From positions 124,001-188,000 of the forward strand of contig MU058669.1 in the NCBI GenBank assembly GCA_013265495.1: DNA of 64,000 nucleotides, in the 5' to 3' direction. This document shows positions 37,301 through 51,434 of this stretch, piece after piece. The first letter of the stretch is position 1. Each line of letters starts with the position of its first letter. This DNA is from Vicugna vicugna. Lineage: Eukaryota. A program made the translations under genes and the position numbers. The notes under the pieces are model-generated. The model searched no databases. It saw only the letters and a list, made by a program, of their open reading frames with translations, and was not told the DNA's origin.

Positions 37301-39557
37301 GAATGCACCCCTTATTCCAGACCTTCCCTCATACCGATCTTCCTGCCTGCAGTCCTTCCTTCCCGTTTTCCCTTTTACCCAATCCTGCCCACTCATCCAG
37401 GTTCGAGTCCCACCTCCTCTGGGAAGCCTGCCCTGACGATTCCAGCAGAAATGCAACTCTCTTCCTTCTGCCTCTTGCCGGCACTGGGGTGGCACACCCT
37501 GAGCACTGGGCGAGGCCTGTCTGTCTCCCCTTTACACTGCCAGCAACAGGAGGGAAGCAACATGGCCATCCCCAGCCCCAGAGGCTCACGGAGGACACAG
37601 AGAAGGCGCAGAGGGCAGACTGTGGTTGGGAGACGCAGCTGAAGATGTTCAAGCACCAAAGAGTCCCTGGGTCATAGAGTCAGAAGAGCTAACAGCCAGA
37701 ATAGATCTTCAAGCCATACATTGCACCTGGCCTCCCAACAAAGGATTTTATTGACTATGAACCACTCATTATCTGCCAGGCCCTTGCTGAACTCTTTATC
37801 ACAGCATCTCAGGTAATCATCACAACTGCCTTATGCATTACGTCCTACTAATGCCCTTATTTTACATATGGAGAAAGTGAGATTCAGAGAGGTACAGTAA
37901 CCTCCTCAGGGTCACACAGCAAGCAAGTACCAAAGAAGAGATTCTTCATTTCTCTTAATGACTAAGGTATGCCACTTCGACAGCATCAGCCACAGATAAA
38001 TATCTGGCCTCCACTTGCATCCCACTGTTGTCAGAGAGCTCACTACACACTAGGTCATTCTTTCATTTATTCATTCAATTAATAAATATGTATTAAGCAG
38101 TACTGGGTGTGTCACTGGGGGATGCACAAGGTGTCAGCTCTCACGGAGATCACATTCTAAAAAGAAGAGGACCATGAAAAGTAAAACTGACAGGGATAGA
38201 TTCTAAACAGGATTAAAACAGGCCAAGGTGACTGGTTTCCATGTTGGAAGAGCACATGTTAGGGAATCAGAGGACATGGTTGAGTGTGTGTGACCTTCCA
38301 TGGTACCTCCAACCTCTCTGAACCTCAGATTTTGCTATCTGCAACCTGGAGGAGATGGAACTTCTTCCCTAAGCATTTCCCTGGTCTAAGATGCGAGTCC
38401 ATGCCTCCCCCTCAGGGGCCTGGCCCCACTTGAGACTCTGGGAGGCGGGCAAAAGAAGGACTGAGGAGGCCACAGCTTGCCCCACTCCCTGGGACCAGAA
38501 GCAGAGATGCAGGAAGGACTCCAGCCCCAATGTTGGCAGTGTATTCTGTTTCCTGCAGGCCCTGTTCCGGGGGACCTTCCCCTAGAGTTGCCAGTCCTCA
38601 TCCACTTCCCTTAATAGTCTGAAGCTGAAATGAGAGGTTCTGCCTCTACCCACTGGGTAATCCCAGACAGGCCTTTCACCTCTCTGGGCCTCAGTTTCCC
38701 CAGCTCGGACCTTCCTGGCGTCCAGGAAAGGCTCTCTCAGTGGGCCTCCAGATGGTAGCAGGGTCGCCATGGTGACAAGCTGACCTGCACCCAGAGGGCC
38801 CATGCAGGGTGATGGGGCCTTGGCGGGGCTGTTTATTGGGAGAGAGCTGGCGAGGGAGGCCTGTGGAGGGAACGTGCTTTACCCACAGAAGCAGCCTGGG
38901 TCGGGTTGCGAGTCTGGTTAATGCCTCCCTGCATTAGGCCTGTCGCCTGTTGACAGGATTTTTTGTTTAACTGGAGGCATAAGAAAACAATAACATCTGT
39001 CGGCATGAGGAACGCTGCAGCAGCCCTGTGAGGAGAGCTCTTAAGGAGGTGGGGAGTCAGGAGGCTAAAGTCTGGGCTCTGCCACGTGAACTGGGTGACC
39101 CTGGGCCAGTGCCTTCTCCGTGGGCCTCGGTCTTGCCGTCTGGCAATGAGCAGGCTGCACCACAGCTGGCCAACTCCAAGTGCATTCCAAAGAGCATCTG
39201 CATCAGGGTTTCCCCAGGAGCCTGTTAAATTCAGATCACAGGCCTTGTCCCACTCCACTGACCCAGGGTCTCTGGGGGAAGAGGCCCGTGAACCACTGTG
39301 TCCTGAATGTGACTTGGGAGGGCCTGCATCATGGGGCAAGAATGAGCACTGTGGTTCCCACATGTCAGCATGGGGTGTGGAACACAAGAAGGGTTAGCTG
39401 TCCTTATGAGCTGAAAGTCAAAAGGATATGCGTCAGAATGTTAATAGGTGGTAATTCTAGTCATTTCAATTGTATCCTTTTTTCTGTTTGACTTTCCGGC
39501 ACTTGCTGATTTTTCTATACTGAACATGTATAGCAGTGTAACAGACAAAAATAATTA

Positions 39558-40981
39558 CAGACCAAAGAGGTGAAAGACTTATATGCTGATAACTATAAAA
39601 CATTGATATAGGAAACTGAAGATGATTCAAAGAGATGGAAAGATATCCCATGCTCTTGGATGGGAAGAATTAATATTGTTAAAATGGCCATCCCACACTC
39701 AAAGCAATCTATAGATTTAATATGATCCCTATCAAATTACCCAAGATATTTTTCACAGAACTAGAACAAATAATCCTAAAATGTATATGGAATCACAAAA
39801 GACCCAGAATTGTCAAAGCAATACTGAAGAAAAAGCATGAAGCTAGAGAAATAACTCTCCCAGACTTCAGACAATACTACAGAGCTATAGTATTCAAAAC
39901 AGCATGGTATTGACATAAAAACAGACATATGGATCAATGGAAAAGAAGAGAAAGCCTAGAAATAAACCCATACACCTGTGGTCAATTAATCTTCAACAAA
40001 GGAGTCAAGAATACACAATGGAGAAAAGACAGTCTCTTCTGCAAGTCATGTTGGGAAAGCTGGACAGTTCATGTGAATCAATGAAATTAGAACACTTCAT
40101 CACACCATACACAAAAATAAACTCAAAATGGCTTAAAGTCTTAATTATAAGACATGGCACCATAAAGCTAGGAGAAAGCAGAGGTAAAACATTCTCTGGC
40201 ATAAAGTGTAACAAAGTATTTTTTAGATCAGTCTCCTAAGGCAAAAGAAATAAAAGCAAAAATAAACAAATGGGACCTAATCAAATTAAAAGCTTTTGCA
40301 CTGCAAAGGAAACTATGAACAAAATGAAAAGACAGCCTACGAATTTGGAGAAAATATTCGCAGATGATGTGACTGAAAGGGCTTAATTCAAAATATACAA
40401 ACAGCCCATACAGCTCAATTAAAAAAATGGGCAGAAGACCTAAATAGAGATTTCCCCAAGGAAGACATACAGATGGCCACTAGGCACATGAAAAAATGCT
40501 CAATATCACTAATTATCAGAGAAATGCAAATCAAAACTACAATGAGGTATCACCTCACACCAGTCAGGATGGTCATCATCAAAAAGTCTACAAATAATAG
40601 ACACTGACGGTGGTGTAGAGAAAAGGGAACCCTCCTACACTGTTAGTGGGAATGTAAATTGGTGCAGCCTTAGTGGGTAATAGTATGTAGTCTCCTTAAA
40701 AAAAACTAGAAATAGGGTTATAGCAGTACTATTTAATAAAGCTGATGGGAAGGGATAAATCAGGATTTTGAGATTTGCATATACTAACTACTATATATGA
40801 AACAGATAAACAATAGGGATATGCTACTGTATAGCACAGGGAATTATACACATTATCTTGTAACACACTATAATGAAAAAAGAATCAGAAAAAAGGATAT
40901 AGGTAGATATGTATATATAACCAAATCACTTTGCTGTACACCTGAAACTAACACAATATTGTAAATCAACTATACTTCATG
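39558..40981 (+). mobile_element. 5'-truncated artiodactyl L1 (~1.4 kb; ORF2 C-terminal part and 3' end, internally deleted)
   Basis: ORF2 peptide [51 protein letters not shown] at 39547-39557 and 40982-40992. Confidence 0.92.
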
Positions 40982-41841
40982 AAAAATAATTATGTGGAAA
41001 AATGAAATGTCTCTACAATTTGGGTTATAGTCAGTCTTCTTGGTAGGAACTCCTCTAATTGTATTTAATTTCTTTTTCTTGATCGTATGACTTTAAGCAG
41101 TGCAGGCTTACTAAAATAAGTAAAACAACAGAACACAAATGTAGGCACATGAGCAGTTGTTATCCAGCCCCTCAGCATCCCTACCCCTGGGGTCATCAAT
41201 GTCAACAGGCTACGGGGAACACTCCACACTGTTCCTCTCGCTCATACACGAACACATACACCCTGGTGTTCAGTCTCTTTGGGATTTGTGTTACTGTTGC
41301 TTTTACAGAAATCAGATCATCTTGTGCATGAGCTTGCCTGCAACATATTTTTCTCTCTTAACAATATTTCCTGGACATTGCTAGGAAAGAAAACCAGCTC
41401 TATTTCATTTCTTTTTAGATTTGCTCGATAAATATTTAATTTTCTTTCTTGCCTCTACAAATGGAAATAAATGAAAATAAAAGCTACTCTGAAACTGCAG
41501 GGTTCCAGTTTTAAGCTTTGAGCTGGATACAGTCCACACTCACACCCCTCCAGCCCCTGCTCCCACCTGCCTCCTTATCCCTCCCTGCATTGTTGCTGAA
41601 CATGGACTCTTGCCCCACAAATCCCTACTCCTTCAAGAGCAGGAAGTGAGTCTTAATCACCTGGGCTCAACTCACATTATGAAGTAAGACCTTCTTTCTA
41701 AATGAGCATCCAAAAGCAGTAATAGCCAAAGGCAGAAGTAGCTCCCCAAACCAGTCCCATCTCTGGGCTCTGGAGAGAGACTCTGCCAACCTGGGGAGAG
41801 GGCAGCTCTTGGTTCACACAATCATCGACCGAAGCCTTAAC

Positions 41842-42150
41842 CCAGAGTTGCGAAAAGAGGCCACATCCAGCCACGGATGGGTTGAGTTTGGCCCAACCGG
41901 CATTAAAAATTGTGCTTTAAGTTAAAACCTTTAAAAATTGGGAAATTTCACGACCTGGATTCTTGCTTGTCTCGAAAAACGCCAGGATTTGGCTACTTTG
42001 GGCCTCAGTTTCCAAATGGTTGCAACCGGCCGACACTGAGTATTGTTGACCCTTTAAGACAGGGCACTGCCCTCCAGCTCGACACAGCCCCACGGGGTCC
42101 GCTCTTGTCACCTGTGTCACATGCGTGGCTTCTGCAGGCCTGTAACACTC
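41842..42150. mobile_element. MER102-like hAT-Charlie relic
   Basis: ggccacatccagccac...tttggccca...aattgggaaatttcac. Confidence 0.6.
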
Positions 42151-43099
42151 TGCAGGCCCTCGGAGGGATCCCTCCCAGGTCTGCCTGTGGGAAGGACAGA
42201 AGGCCTGAGAGGACACTGGGAGTCCCGGAAATGGTCCTTGCCATGGACCTCCTCTGGCCCTTCCCAGCCACCCCTCTGTGACAGGAAGTGACAAAGTGAC
42301 AACACTAATTAACAACAGTGACTGTTTACTGAGTGCCTACTACATCCTGGGGGCCAGGCTGACCACTTCACTTTCAGGACCTCCTGTAACCCCCTCTAAC
42401 AATCCTATCTAGGAATCACAGTCTCCACTGATCTGATGAAGAAACTGGGGCTCCGAGAGCTTAGGTAACTTGTCCAATTGACACCATTACCGAGTGGCAG
42501 AGCTTGAATTCCAGCCTAACTCCAAAACCCAAGTGCGCTGCCCACTGCCTGGAGGAGCGATGATGCCTCCCCTACTTGCACGCTAACCTCACCCAGGGGA
42601 GGTGATGCAGGGCTGGGCTCCACACCCGCTTGCCCTTCCATGTGGAGACAACACAGAATGCTTAAAAGCAGGGCTTGGCTGTTAGACAGACCTGAGCTCA
42701 AAGCCCTGCTCCTGATAAAATAATTTACCTTCATGTAACCTAAGGCAAGTGAACCTCGCTGAGTCTCAGATTCCTTATATGTGAAATGGAAAAGATATTA
42801 ACACCTGCCTCTTAGGATGGTTGGAGGATGGAGACAGTGCACAGACATGCTGTATCTGTACAGTTCTTGGTGGCGAGCAAAAGAAAGTGGGTCCGGCTAA
42901 AATGTGAGCAAAAGGGATAGACAGATGCGGAATACTCAGAATCCAAAGAAAAAGCAACTCCACAAATCACAACGGTGGGAACCATAGACAACACTGTCAG
43001 GGAGCCACCACTGGACAAGTCAAGTTCTCACCTCTTCTTCACCCCCATCCTTATCTCAGCGTCCTAGGAGACTTGCCTGCCGTGGGTCACAATTCCTAC

Positions 43100-43560
43100 C
43101 TGTGTTATATGCGAGGCTCCCTTAAAGTGGAGCTTGAGAAGTGGATTCTCCTGTGACGTATTTGTTGAAAGAGTGCTGTCAGGAGGAGAGGCAGGCAGCG
43201 AAACAGGGTAGGGGAAGAAGCTGGTCAAAGATGAGGTTTCAGAAAGTCTAGTCTGCTCCTAAGGGCAGTTCTGAAGCTTGGATTACACCACGGAGCTTGT
43301 CCTCCCTTGAGGCCAGGGGGCTGGGTTTACCCTACATTAATCAGCCATTGACCACGGGCCACCCCCAGGGGGAGAGGCATAACCTGTAACCTCTCGGGCA
43401 GTTCCAGTTAATTCACCTGGGGGCAGTCCTCCGGAGAAGGAGGCAGCTGTGAGCCATTAGCGTCCGACATTCAACGTTGGATATTTGCAGCACCAGGGAG
43501 AGGGTGCACCAGCCCGGAAAGGGAGCCTGAACAGGGCAGCAGAAGCATCTGCTATGCTCC
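43100..43560 (-). mobile_element. ERVL LTR (LTR16-like)
   Basis: cagccattgaccacgggc...gggcagtcctccggagaagg...gcagctgtgagccattagc. Confidence 0.65.
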
Positions 43561-43729
43561 CCGTTACTGAATGCCCCAACAGCCCACACACAATGAGCCC
43601 GAGGTGATCACCTGAAAAGAAATCAGGACCTTCTTTGCAAAAGAAGGAGAAATGAATACAGAAAGCTGAAGGGAAAGAGAAAAACTCACTGCACACGGCC
43701 AGCCCTGAGCCTGCCCCGTGTATAGGAAG

Positions 43730-45150
43730 CACCAAAGCAAGGTGATTATAAGTGTAACAAGATGTTAAAATGGAAGTGACAGCTGAGAGGACAAAATATA
43801 ATAGATGCCACATTCCAGAGCAAGGTACAAGCCCAAGATGGCAATTTAGAGAGAAGATAAAAACTGGCTGTTCTCAATCCCTCACCCACACTGTGGGTGG
43901 ATTTTGAAGGACTCGAAGTAGCTGAGGTTGAGGGGGAGATTTTTTAAGAGAGTGGCTGGTGTGTTGTGGATCCCCCTCCCCTCAAAAAAGAGTAATGGGG
44001 GACATTTGCCCTCCACCTCAAGATAAAAGAGTGGAGCTGTAAGTAACTACTCTTAAAGCTCAGAATGTGTCTCCTACAATCTTCCTGACCTAGTCCTTTG
44101 TTATAATAAAGGAACAATCAATAAAAGAATGTTGAGACTTCCTTGTGGTTCATACCTAAAAGGAACTTCAGAAAAGAAGTACATTTAGACTGCCTGTGCC
44201 ATTTAAAAGGCAACTTTCGCACAGGGAACTATATTCAATGGCTTGTAGTAACCTGTAATGCGAAAGAATGTGTGTATATATGTGTGTGTGGATGTGTATA
44301 ACTGAATCACCATGCTGCACACCAGAAACTAGTACAACATTGTAAATCAACTACACTTCGATTTTAAAACATAAAAAATAAATAAAGGGCAACCTTTGTG
44401 CTGGCCAGCTGCTTTGACTGTGGAACAGAGGAGCAGTGGCTGCACTGGGTAGCTCCATCTCAGAATTTACTGGCACAGGGGCTATGCCATCTCCGTAGAC
44501 ACACATGGGTCAGCTAGAGAGGGACCCGGCAGGTGCTTATTTCAGGATTTGTCTGTCAGGGGCTCCTGGAGGGCAAGCCGATAGAAGCCGGAGGTCCTGA
44601 GTGTGCCTTGGGCTGAGGAAAGAGAGCCTCCAGCCGGTCAGAGGTATATTCTGTCAAGGACCTGCAGGTGAGCAGCGCCAGAGACGGGGAGGGCAGAGGG
44701 GGTCTCAAAGGGTCCCAAGAGAGGCCCTGTGAGGGAGTCTGCCCCAGACACCCACCCCGTCCACAGCACCTAGACTCTCAGTTACCTCGACAGGACCCGT
44801 CCAGGACTCCCTTCCTCTATGGCCCCAAGCCTGGAGGGTCGGAGACCAAACTTGCAAACTCAGAGCTGAGGGTAAGGCTCCCTCCCCCGACTACGGCTTC
44901 ATCCAGACCTGCCTGCGAGCCCCCAGGCTGGAGGTGGGGGTCATGGGAAGAAGGCTCCACTTTCAGCTCAGTGTGAAGATGTGACCCTTTTGGGTGACTG
45001 AACTGAGACTCTATTTAGGGACTGAAAGTGGTTGTGTGACTTTTTAGGATCTAAAATGAGCAGAAAACTATGGCTCTGCACAAGTTTTCATACAGAGGCA
45101 GAATCACTTGTCACCACAGAACAAACAAAAAGGGACCGAGGGGACAAAAT
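43730..45150. mobile_element. Ancient LTR-like relic (MamGypLTR/LTR8x-like), tentative
   Basis: Weak recalled similarity (aaaatgagcagaaaactatgg...tttcatacagaggcag). Confidence 0.35.
44218..44382 (+). mobile_element. 5'-truncated artiodactyl L1 3' end
   Basis: gcacagggaactatattcaa...acaacattgtaaatcaactacacttc; TSD (12/14) at 44204-44217 and 44383-44396, at a TT/AAAA site. Confidence 0.88.
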
Positions 45151-47074
45151 TCAAGCTCCTTCCACATTAAAGCCTGTATGTTCCGTGAGTTCCAATAATG
45201 GTTACTTGACAAAAGACACTGGAAGCGACATTTCAGCTATGTGGTCTTGGCAGACTGGGGCCTGAATATCAGGCCTGAAGGTCTCTCAGGAAAACCAGGC
45301 CCCGTCACGCTGGGATTGGGTGAGCCTGAGCCCAAGGTCGCCCTACTCTGTGAGACTTAGGTTCCACCCTGGGCTGAACAGCCCCAGATTTGCACAGTGC
45401 CACCTCCAAAGGGTCTAGTCCTTTAGACACATGTCACAGCCCTCAGGTGAGAGAAGGAAGTGCCCGAGCAGGCAAATGATTCGCTGAGGTCTCCAGGCTG
45501 GGTGGAAGAGGCCTTCTGGCCCGGTAGGCTCCTGACCCTGGATTTTCAAATTCTGGCCACCACATGATGGCTCCCATGGTGCTGCTCTGACATCAGGGGC
45601 TGTAAGTGATGTCTGTGGGTTATGACAGGTGGGGTAGTGTGCTGGGGTGACACACAGGCTTCCCAGGGATGACACCAGGTATGCATAAATGAAACCGAAA
45701 GCCATGGGAAGGACCTTCCAGGTCTTGTTCTGGAACCGATGACCTGCCTAGAGCTGGAGGGTCTTAATCTCCCAGCACATTTACAGACTGGGAAACCGAG
45801 GCCCATATATAGCCAGGGACTTTAAGGGGCTCATTCTGGCTCAGGCATGGGTAGATCTAATCCCTGCCCATCCTCTGGAGGGCACCAGGAGGAGATGCTT
45901 TGAGGGTGGAGAGAAAAACTCCAGCCAAGGCACCAAGCTAAAACTGGTTGCAGCAAAGCCAGAAAGAACTACAGGGCCTGGGAGGACCATGCAGAGTTTG
46001 CCAGAATTTCCTGGGTGGAAGAATCACAGAATAGAGTGGGAGATCCTAGAGATGAGCTAGTTTAACCTCCTCATGTTTGCAGGTGGGGACACTGAGACTC
46101 CAAAAGGCAAGACGTGTTTCCCCCAAGGACATGCCATTAGCCACCTAAGCCAGCAGCCCAAGCTCAGATAGCAGGAATCCAGCGACCGGAATGGGTATTC
46201 AAAGATGTTAACTATATTTTCCAGGGACAACATGATATTCTGTAAGAACAGCCTTTCAAATAGGCATATCTTGTGACACTTACAGGAATTTGTCATAATA
46301 TGCATGCAAAGATATATGTAATAGAATGTTTTATTAATAATAATGATAACTATTATAAAAATTCCCAAGAATAGGGAGATTGGTTAAGTGAGTTATGATA
46401 GATCTGCTTGAATGCTATGCAATCTTTAAAATAAAAAATATCTTGTAGATCAGGAGTTCTTAACCTGGGCTGCATGGATAGATTTCAGGGGACTGTGACC
46501 CTCCCACACTTGTGGGTGTGATATGGGAATGTGGATTTTTCTGGGAAGTGGAGCCACAGCTTGCTTCAAAGGGATCTGTGACCACAATAGGTGAAAAACT
46601 AGTAGGACAGAAAAATATTGAAAAAACCTAAAAGGGTAGACAGCAGAGTATTAACAATTAGCAGCTTATGGCCAGCATTATTTTCTCTCTGCTCCCACTC
46701 AATTCCCCCTCCTGTGTCATTTCGAGAGGACTGTGAATAAGATAAGCACAATGTTACTGTCACATTTAAAACAAACAACTAACAAGAATACTTTCTTATC
46801 AAATATCCAGTAACATAAAGTAAATGATTTTCATTGACCGAAAGAAAAAAAAAAAGATAGGGGGAAAAACATCTCATAACCCATTGCTAAACAAGAAAAG
46901 TGAAACAGAGTAAGTTCTCTGGCCTCATTTTGAAAACCACGCACATCATAATGGTAACAGTTATTGGAAGTGGTAGAATTAAATGCTTTCTTCTCTTCCC
47001 CAAGCTCTCTGTATTACTTTTTTGTTCAATCTCCACCTTTTATTTTTATTTACTTATTTGTTTCTTTAAAATGA

Positions 47075-47365
47075 AGTATAGACTCACAGACAAAGAAAAC
47101 AAATTTATGGTTAGCAGGCAGGAAAGAGGGGAGGGTGTAGCTAAGTTGGGAGTTCGGGATTTACAGATACTCACTGCTACATATAAAATAGATAAACAAC
47201 AAGGACCTACTGTACAGCACAGGGAACTACATTTGATACTACTACTTGCAGTAGCTTATAATGAAAAAGAGTATGAAAAGGCACATGTATATATGTATAA
47301 ATGAATCACTATGCTGTACACCAGAAATGAACACAACATTGTATTACTTTTTGAATTAAAAAATA
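47075..47365 (+). mobile_element. 5'-truncated artiodactyl L1 3' end
   Basis: gactcacagacaaagaaaacaaatttatggtt...gacctactgtacagcacagggaactac. Confidence 0.85.
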
Positions 47366-48739
47366 GAAGGAAAATTTAAAAAGTGGGCTTCTTCTTCTTT
47401 TTTTTTTTTTTTTGAACAATTCCCATGTCATGTTTATTAAACTGCTGAAGGATGGTGTTAACACAACAGAGTAAGACAACCTGAGAAGTCAAAAGACTAC
47501 AGCACAGGTTCTCATGATCCATCCCAGTCACTAAAAGGGTAGGCTTCTTTTTAAATGTCGAAATCCTTTGATTCAGCAATCAAGTTTCAGGAGTTTATCC
47601 TGTTCCATCCTGAGATGCAGAAGACCCGGCTCCCAGAGAAATTTGGGTCTCGGCCCCAGTCTCCCAGGGAGGAGGCTGTGAAGGGAGATAGGAGGGTCCG
47701 ACCAGCTTTCCCAGCCTTTTGAGAGGAAACGAAGCAGAGGCTCTGGAACATCTCTCAAGCTCTGGTCCCTGATGTCCTGCCACCTCCATCCTCTTACCTT
47801 CCCACTTTTATCAAGCCTCACACGTTTGGGGCACTTTGCTGCTGGACTTGACAGACCAAACGAAACAGAGGCGGGCGGCAGATAACCAGAGTCCTTTCTG
47901 GCCACACATAGGCCTGTTGGCTTGTTGGGCCTGGAAGAGAAGGCGTCTTGTTTCCCCAACACATTCCACAGTCATGTCCCCCGGGCTGCTTGGCCTCCTG
48001 GCCAGATGCCCCCCAGCCCCCCAGGTCTTTCATGGTTGGGACAAAAAAGGAGTGAAAGACTTGACCTTGTTAGGATCTCTTTCCCAAAGTCTTCAGTCTC
48101 CATTTTGCTGTGTGACCTTGAGCAAGCCTCTCCCTTCTCTGGGCCTAGATTCCTGCCTCTGGACACGAAGACAGACCATTTCATCATTTCTGAGACATCC
48201 ATCCTTCCTCCTGCCCACCTAACTCTTTGGTTCAGAGTTCTTACCTTTATCAGAAATAGGAAGTCGATCCACCACACCTCTAAATGTCAGCTTGGAATTT
48301 CATGGCTGCTCAGGCCATGGTGCGAAGGCCAGTTGCTAAAGGTTTTTTTGGCAGGGAGTACATAAGATAGACATTGTAGATGCAACATTGTAAACTGACT
48401 ATACTTCAATAATAAAAAAAAATACATTGTACCTCGAGCTCCAGTACACACACCCCCTTAAAGTGTAAGTTTCACGTAATAGCACTTCCCCTTCCTTAAT
48501 GAGATGCTCTCTGATATTTTCCATTGTATTCTTCTTTTTCTTTTTTTTTTTTCAATTTCTGATTGCAATCTCTGAAGGTATTTTCCCAGTCCGTGAAACA
48601 GACATCACTTGGACTTTGAAAAACACTGACACACGCAGCTACGCTCCTATTCCTGACAAGGTAATACCAGTCCAGACAAACACTGATGGATTCTCTCTAT
48701 TTTTTTCCCAAATGGATTCTGTATTAACTATCTCAGTTA

Positions 48740-48870
48740 TGGGGCTTCCCATACTTTAATGTGCATATGACTCCCTTGGAATTTTTTTAAAAATTCAGAT
48801 ACTGGTTCAGTAGGTCTGAGGCAAAGCTGAGATTTTGCATTTCTGACTAGCCTCCTAGGTGATTCTAAGG
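48740..48870. mobile_element. MER5A-like element (other MER5-like relics at ~39160-39310 and ~52390-52540)
   Basis: ttcagtaggtctgagg...ctgagattttgcatttctgac. Confidence 0.7.
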
Positions 48871-50510
48871 TTAGACAACAGATCCCTCAGACATCCATTT
48901 CGTTGATCTAACTGTTCTTACCAAAGGGACAGTTTTTGCCCCTCATGTCTTTTCTTCTCCTCTCCATCCCTCTTTTCCCATCCTTTCATAAATGTGTTTG
49001 GAGAATCAGCAGTTTCAAAAAAATCACAACTCTGCCTCTTACCAGCAAGAGAACCTTGGACAAGTTGCTTAAATTCTCTGGGCCTCAGTTTTGTTATCTG
49101 AAAAATGGGAATAATAACTGCACTGTTTGAATAAAGTACTTTGGAGATAAGGAGATAATCCATGTAAAGTACTTAATACATTGCCTCCCGCGCTATGAAT
49201 GCCAAACAAATGTCATTGTTGTTATTTTTCTTGTTGCCAAAGGCGCCTTGGCACTTTTTCTTAATGACTGTCTCCTGTCATAGGAGTTATATTTTTGGTT
49301 GTGTATTTAGCTTGGAGTAGGAATTATTTTTAAATTATACAATTATTACAAAATACAACAAATAATACATTTGGAAAATTGAGGAAAGGCAAAAATGTCA
49401 TCCTTCATTTCAATGATTCCACCAACAATTGTTTTAGGGTGTCTTCTTTCATATGCCTATCTGATGGTTCCGGTTTTTATTTGGCACCTGAGTGCATCTT
49501 TCTCTTTTATAAAACCCAGTGAAGTCGCTCACTTGCATTTAGATGTTCATGCTATTTGTTTTGTCTTAAAAATAAAGCTTTTCTCATTTTGGGGAAAAAA
49601 AAATCCCAGTATGTTTAATTTTATATCTTCCCTTTTTTCATTCACCATTACATCATATTCACCTTTTCCCTAAAAATCACTCTGTAAGTGTAAATGAGAG
49701 TGGGTGCAGAGTATGACTTCTGGAATCAAGGACTGGACGCAAACCTCATATCATTCCAATGAATTTGATTGAGGTCTGACTCCATGCAGTGCTAGACCTG
49801 GTGATGGACACACGTCTTAGGACCATACAAACACTTAGACCTTCAGGACTGGATGATGGCTGGGGAGGATCCAGGGCCTGGGATCATATGAAGAGGGGCA
49901 CAGAGTTGTGATCAGAAAACATGACCTTCCTTATGAAGGGGGCAGCAAGAGACTTAACTAAGGTGGAGAATCTATTTTAGTTCTATTTTACTAATTTGAG
50001 TGAGACTTTATTTTTAAAATTCCATGTGCCAGCTCTCCTTCTAAAAGATTGTTCCTTCAACCTCACCTTCCTAAGCACCCACCCTGTGATGGAGCTGTAC
50101 CGTGTGATTAACCTCTGGGTGATCATATCGCCAGAGGCATCTCCTCAGAATTGTCTGTATTAAGTAAGTTACCATTCATTCATTTATTCACTCAACAAAC
50201 ATTTACTGAGTAATTTCTATGTACAGGCACTGTGCTAAGTGCTGGGGATACGTTGCTGAGTAGAACAGTTTGGTTCCTCTCCTCGTGGGGTTGAATCATT
50301 ATGATGAATCATCTCTTTAGATGTAATCTGTTGAACAAGTTGCTACTATTCAAACCCATGAACAGATGAACCCAGGACTCTATGTAGCAGGAAGGATTCT
50401 TAGTATGTAATGTTTGTGGGTTAGGGAGTGAAACAGAGTTGCATTGTTTGGGTGGCAGGTTCATAGTCTTCTTTCATGAGAGTAAATTATTGTTAAAATA
50501 CTATTGGAGA

Positions 50511-51362
50511 ACATTTTTCCAAAGAGGAAATGCAGATGGCCAACAGGCATATGAAAAGATGCTCAACATCACTAATGATCAGGGAAATGCAAATCAAAAC
50601 CACAATGAGCTATCACCTCACACCTGTCAGACTGGCTCTTATCAAAAAGAACACAAATAACAAATGTAGGCGAGGATGTGGAGAAAAAGGAACCCTTGCA
50701 CATTATTGGTAGGAATGTAAATTGGTGCAGCCTCTATGGAAAACAGAATGGAGTTTTCTCAAAAAACTAAAAATAGAACTGCCATATGACCCAGCAATCC
50801 ATTCCTGGGTATATATCCAAAAAAACCCAAAACCACTAATTTGGAAAGATACATGCACCAGTGCTCATAGCAGCATTATTTACAATGGCCAAGACGGGGA
50901 AGCAACTAAATGTCTATCAGCAGATGAATGGATAAGAAGATGTGGTACACACACACACACACACACACGGAATACTACTCAGCCAATAAAAAGAATGAAA
51001 TTTTGACATTTGCAGCAACATGGATGGACTTGGAGGAATTATGCTAAATGAAATAAGTCAGACAGAGGAAGATAAATACTGTATGATATCACTTATATGT
51101 GGAATCAAACAAAATATAACAACTAGTGAATACAACACAAAAGAAGCAGACTCACAGATACAGAGAGTAAACTAGTGGTTACCAAGAGGGGAGGGAAAGA
51201 GGAAGAATGGGGTGGGGGAGTGAAAAGTACAAACTACTGGGTGTAAGATAAGCCCAAGGATGTGTTGTACAACACAGGGAATATAGCCAATATTCTGTAG
51301 TAACTACAAATGGAAAGTAACCTTTAAAATTGTATAAAAAATAAAAAGCTTTTAAAATTAAA
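50511..51362 (+). mobile_element. 5'-truncated L1 (~850 bp) containing a (CA)n at ~50947-50968
   Basis: ORF2 C-terminus [15 protein letters not shown] / [41 protein letters not shown] at 50498-50510 and 51366-51378. Confidence 0.92.
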
Positions 51363-51434
51363 AATATACTATTGGAGATATAAAAGTATTTTTAGCATTT
51401 TAACTATACTTTTCTCCACCCCACAACATACATA

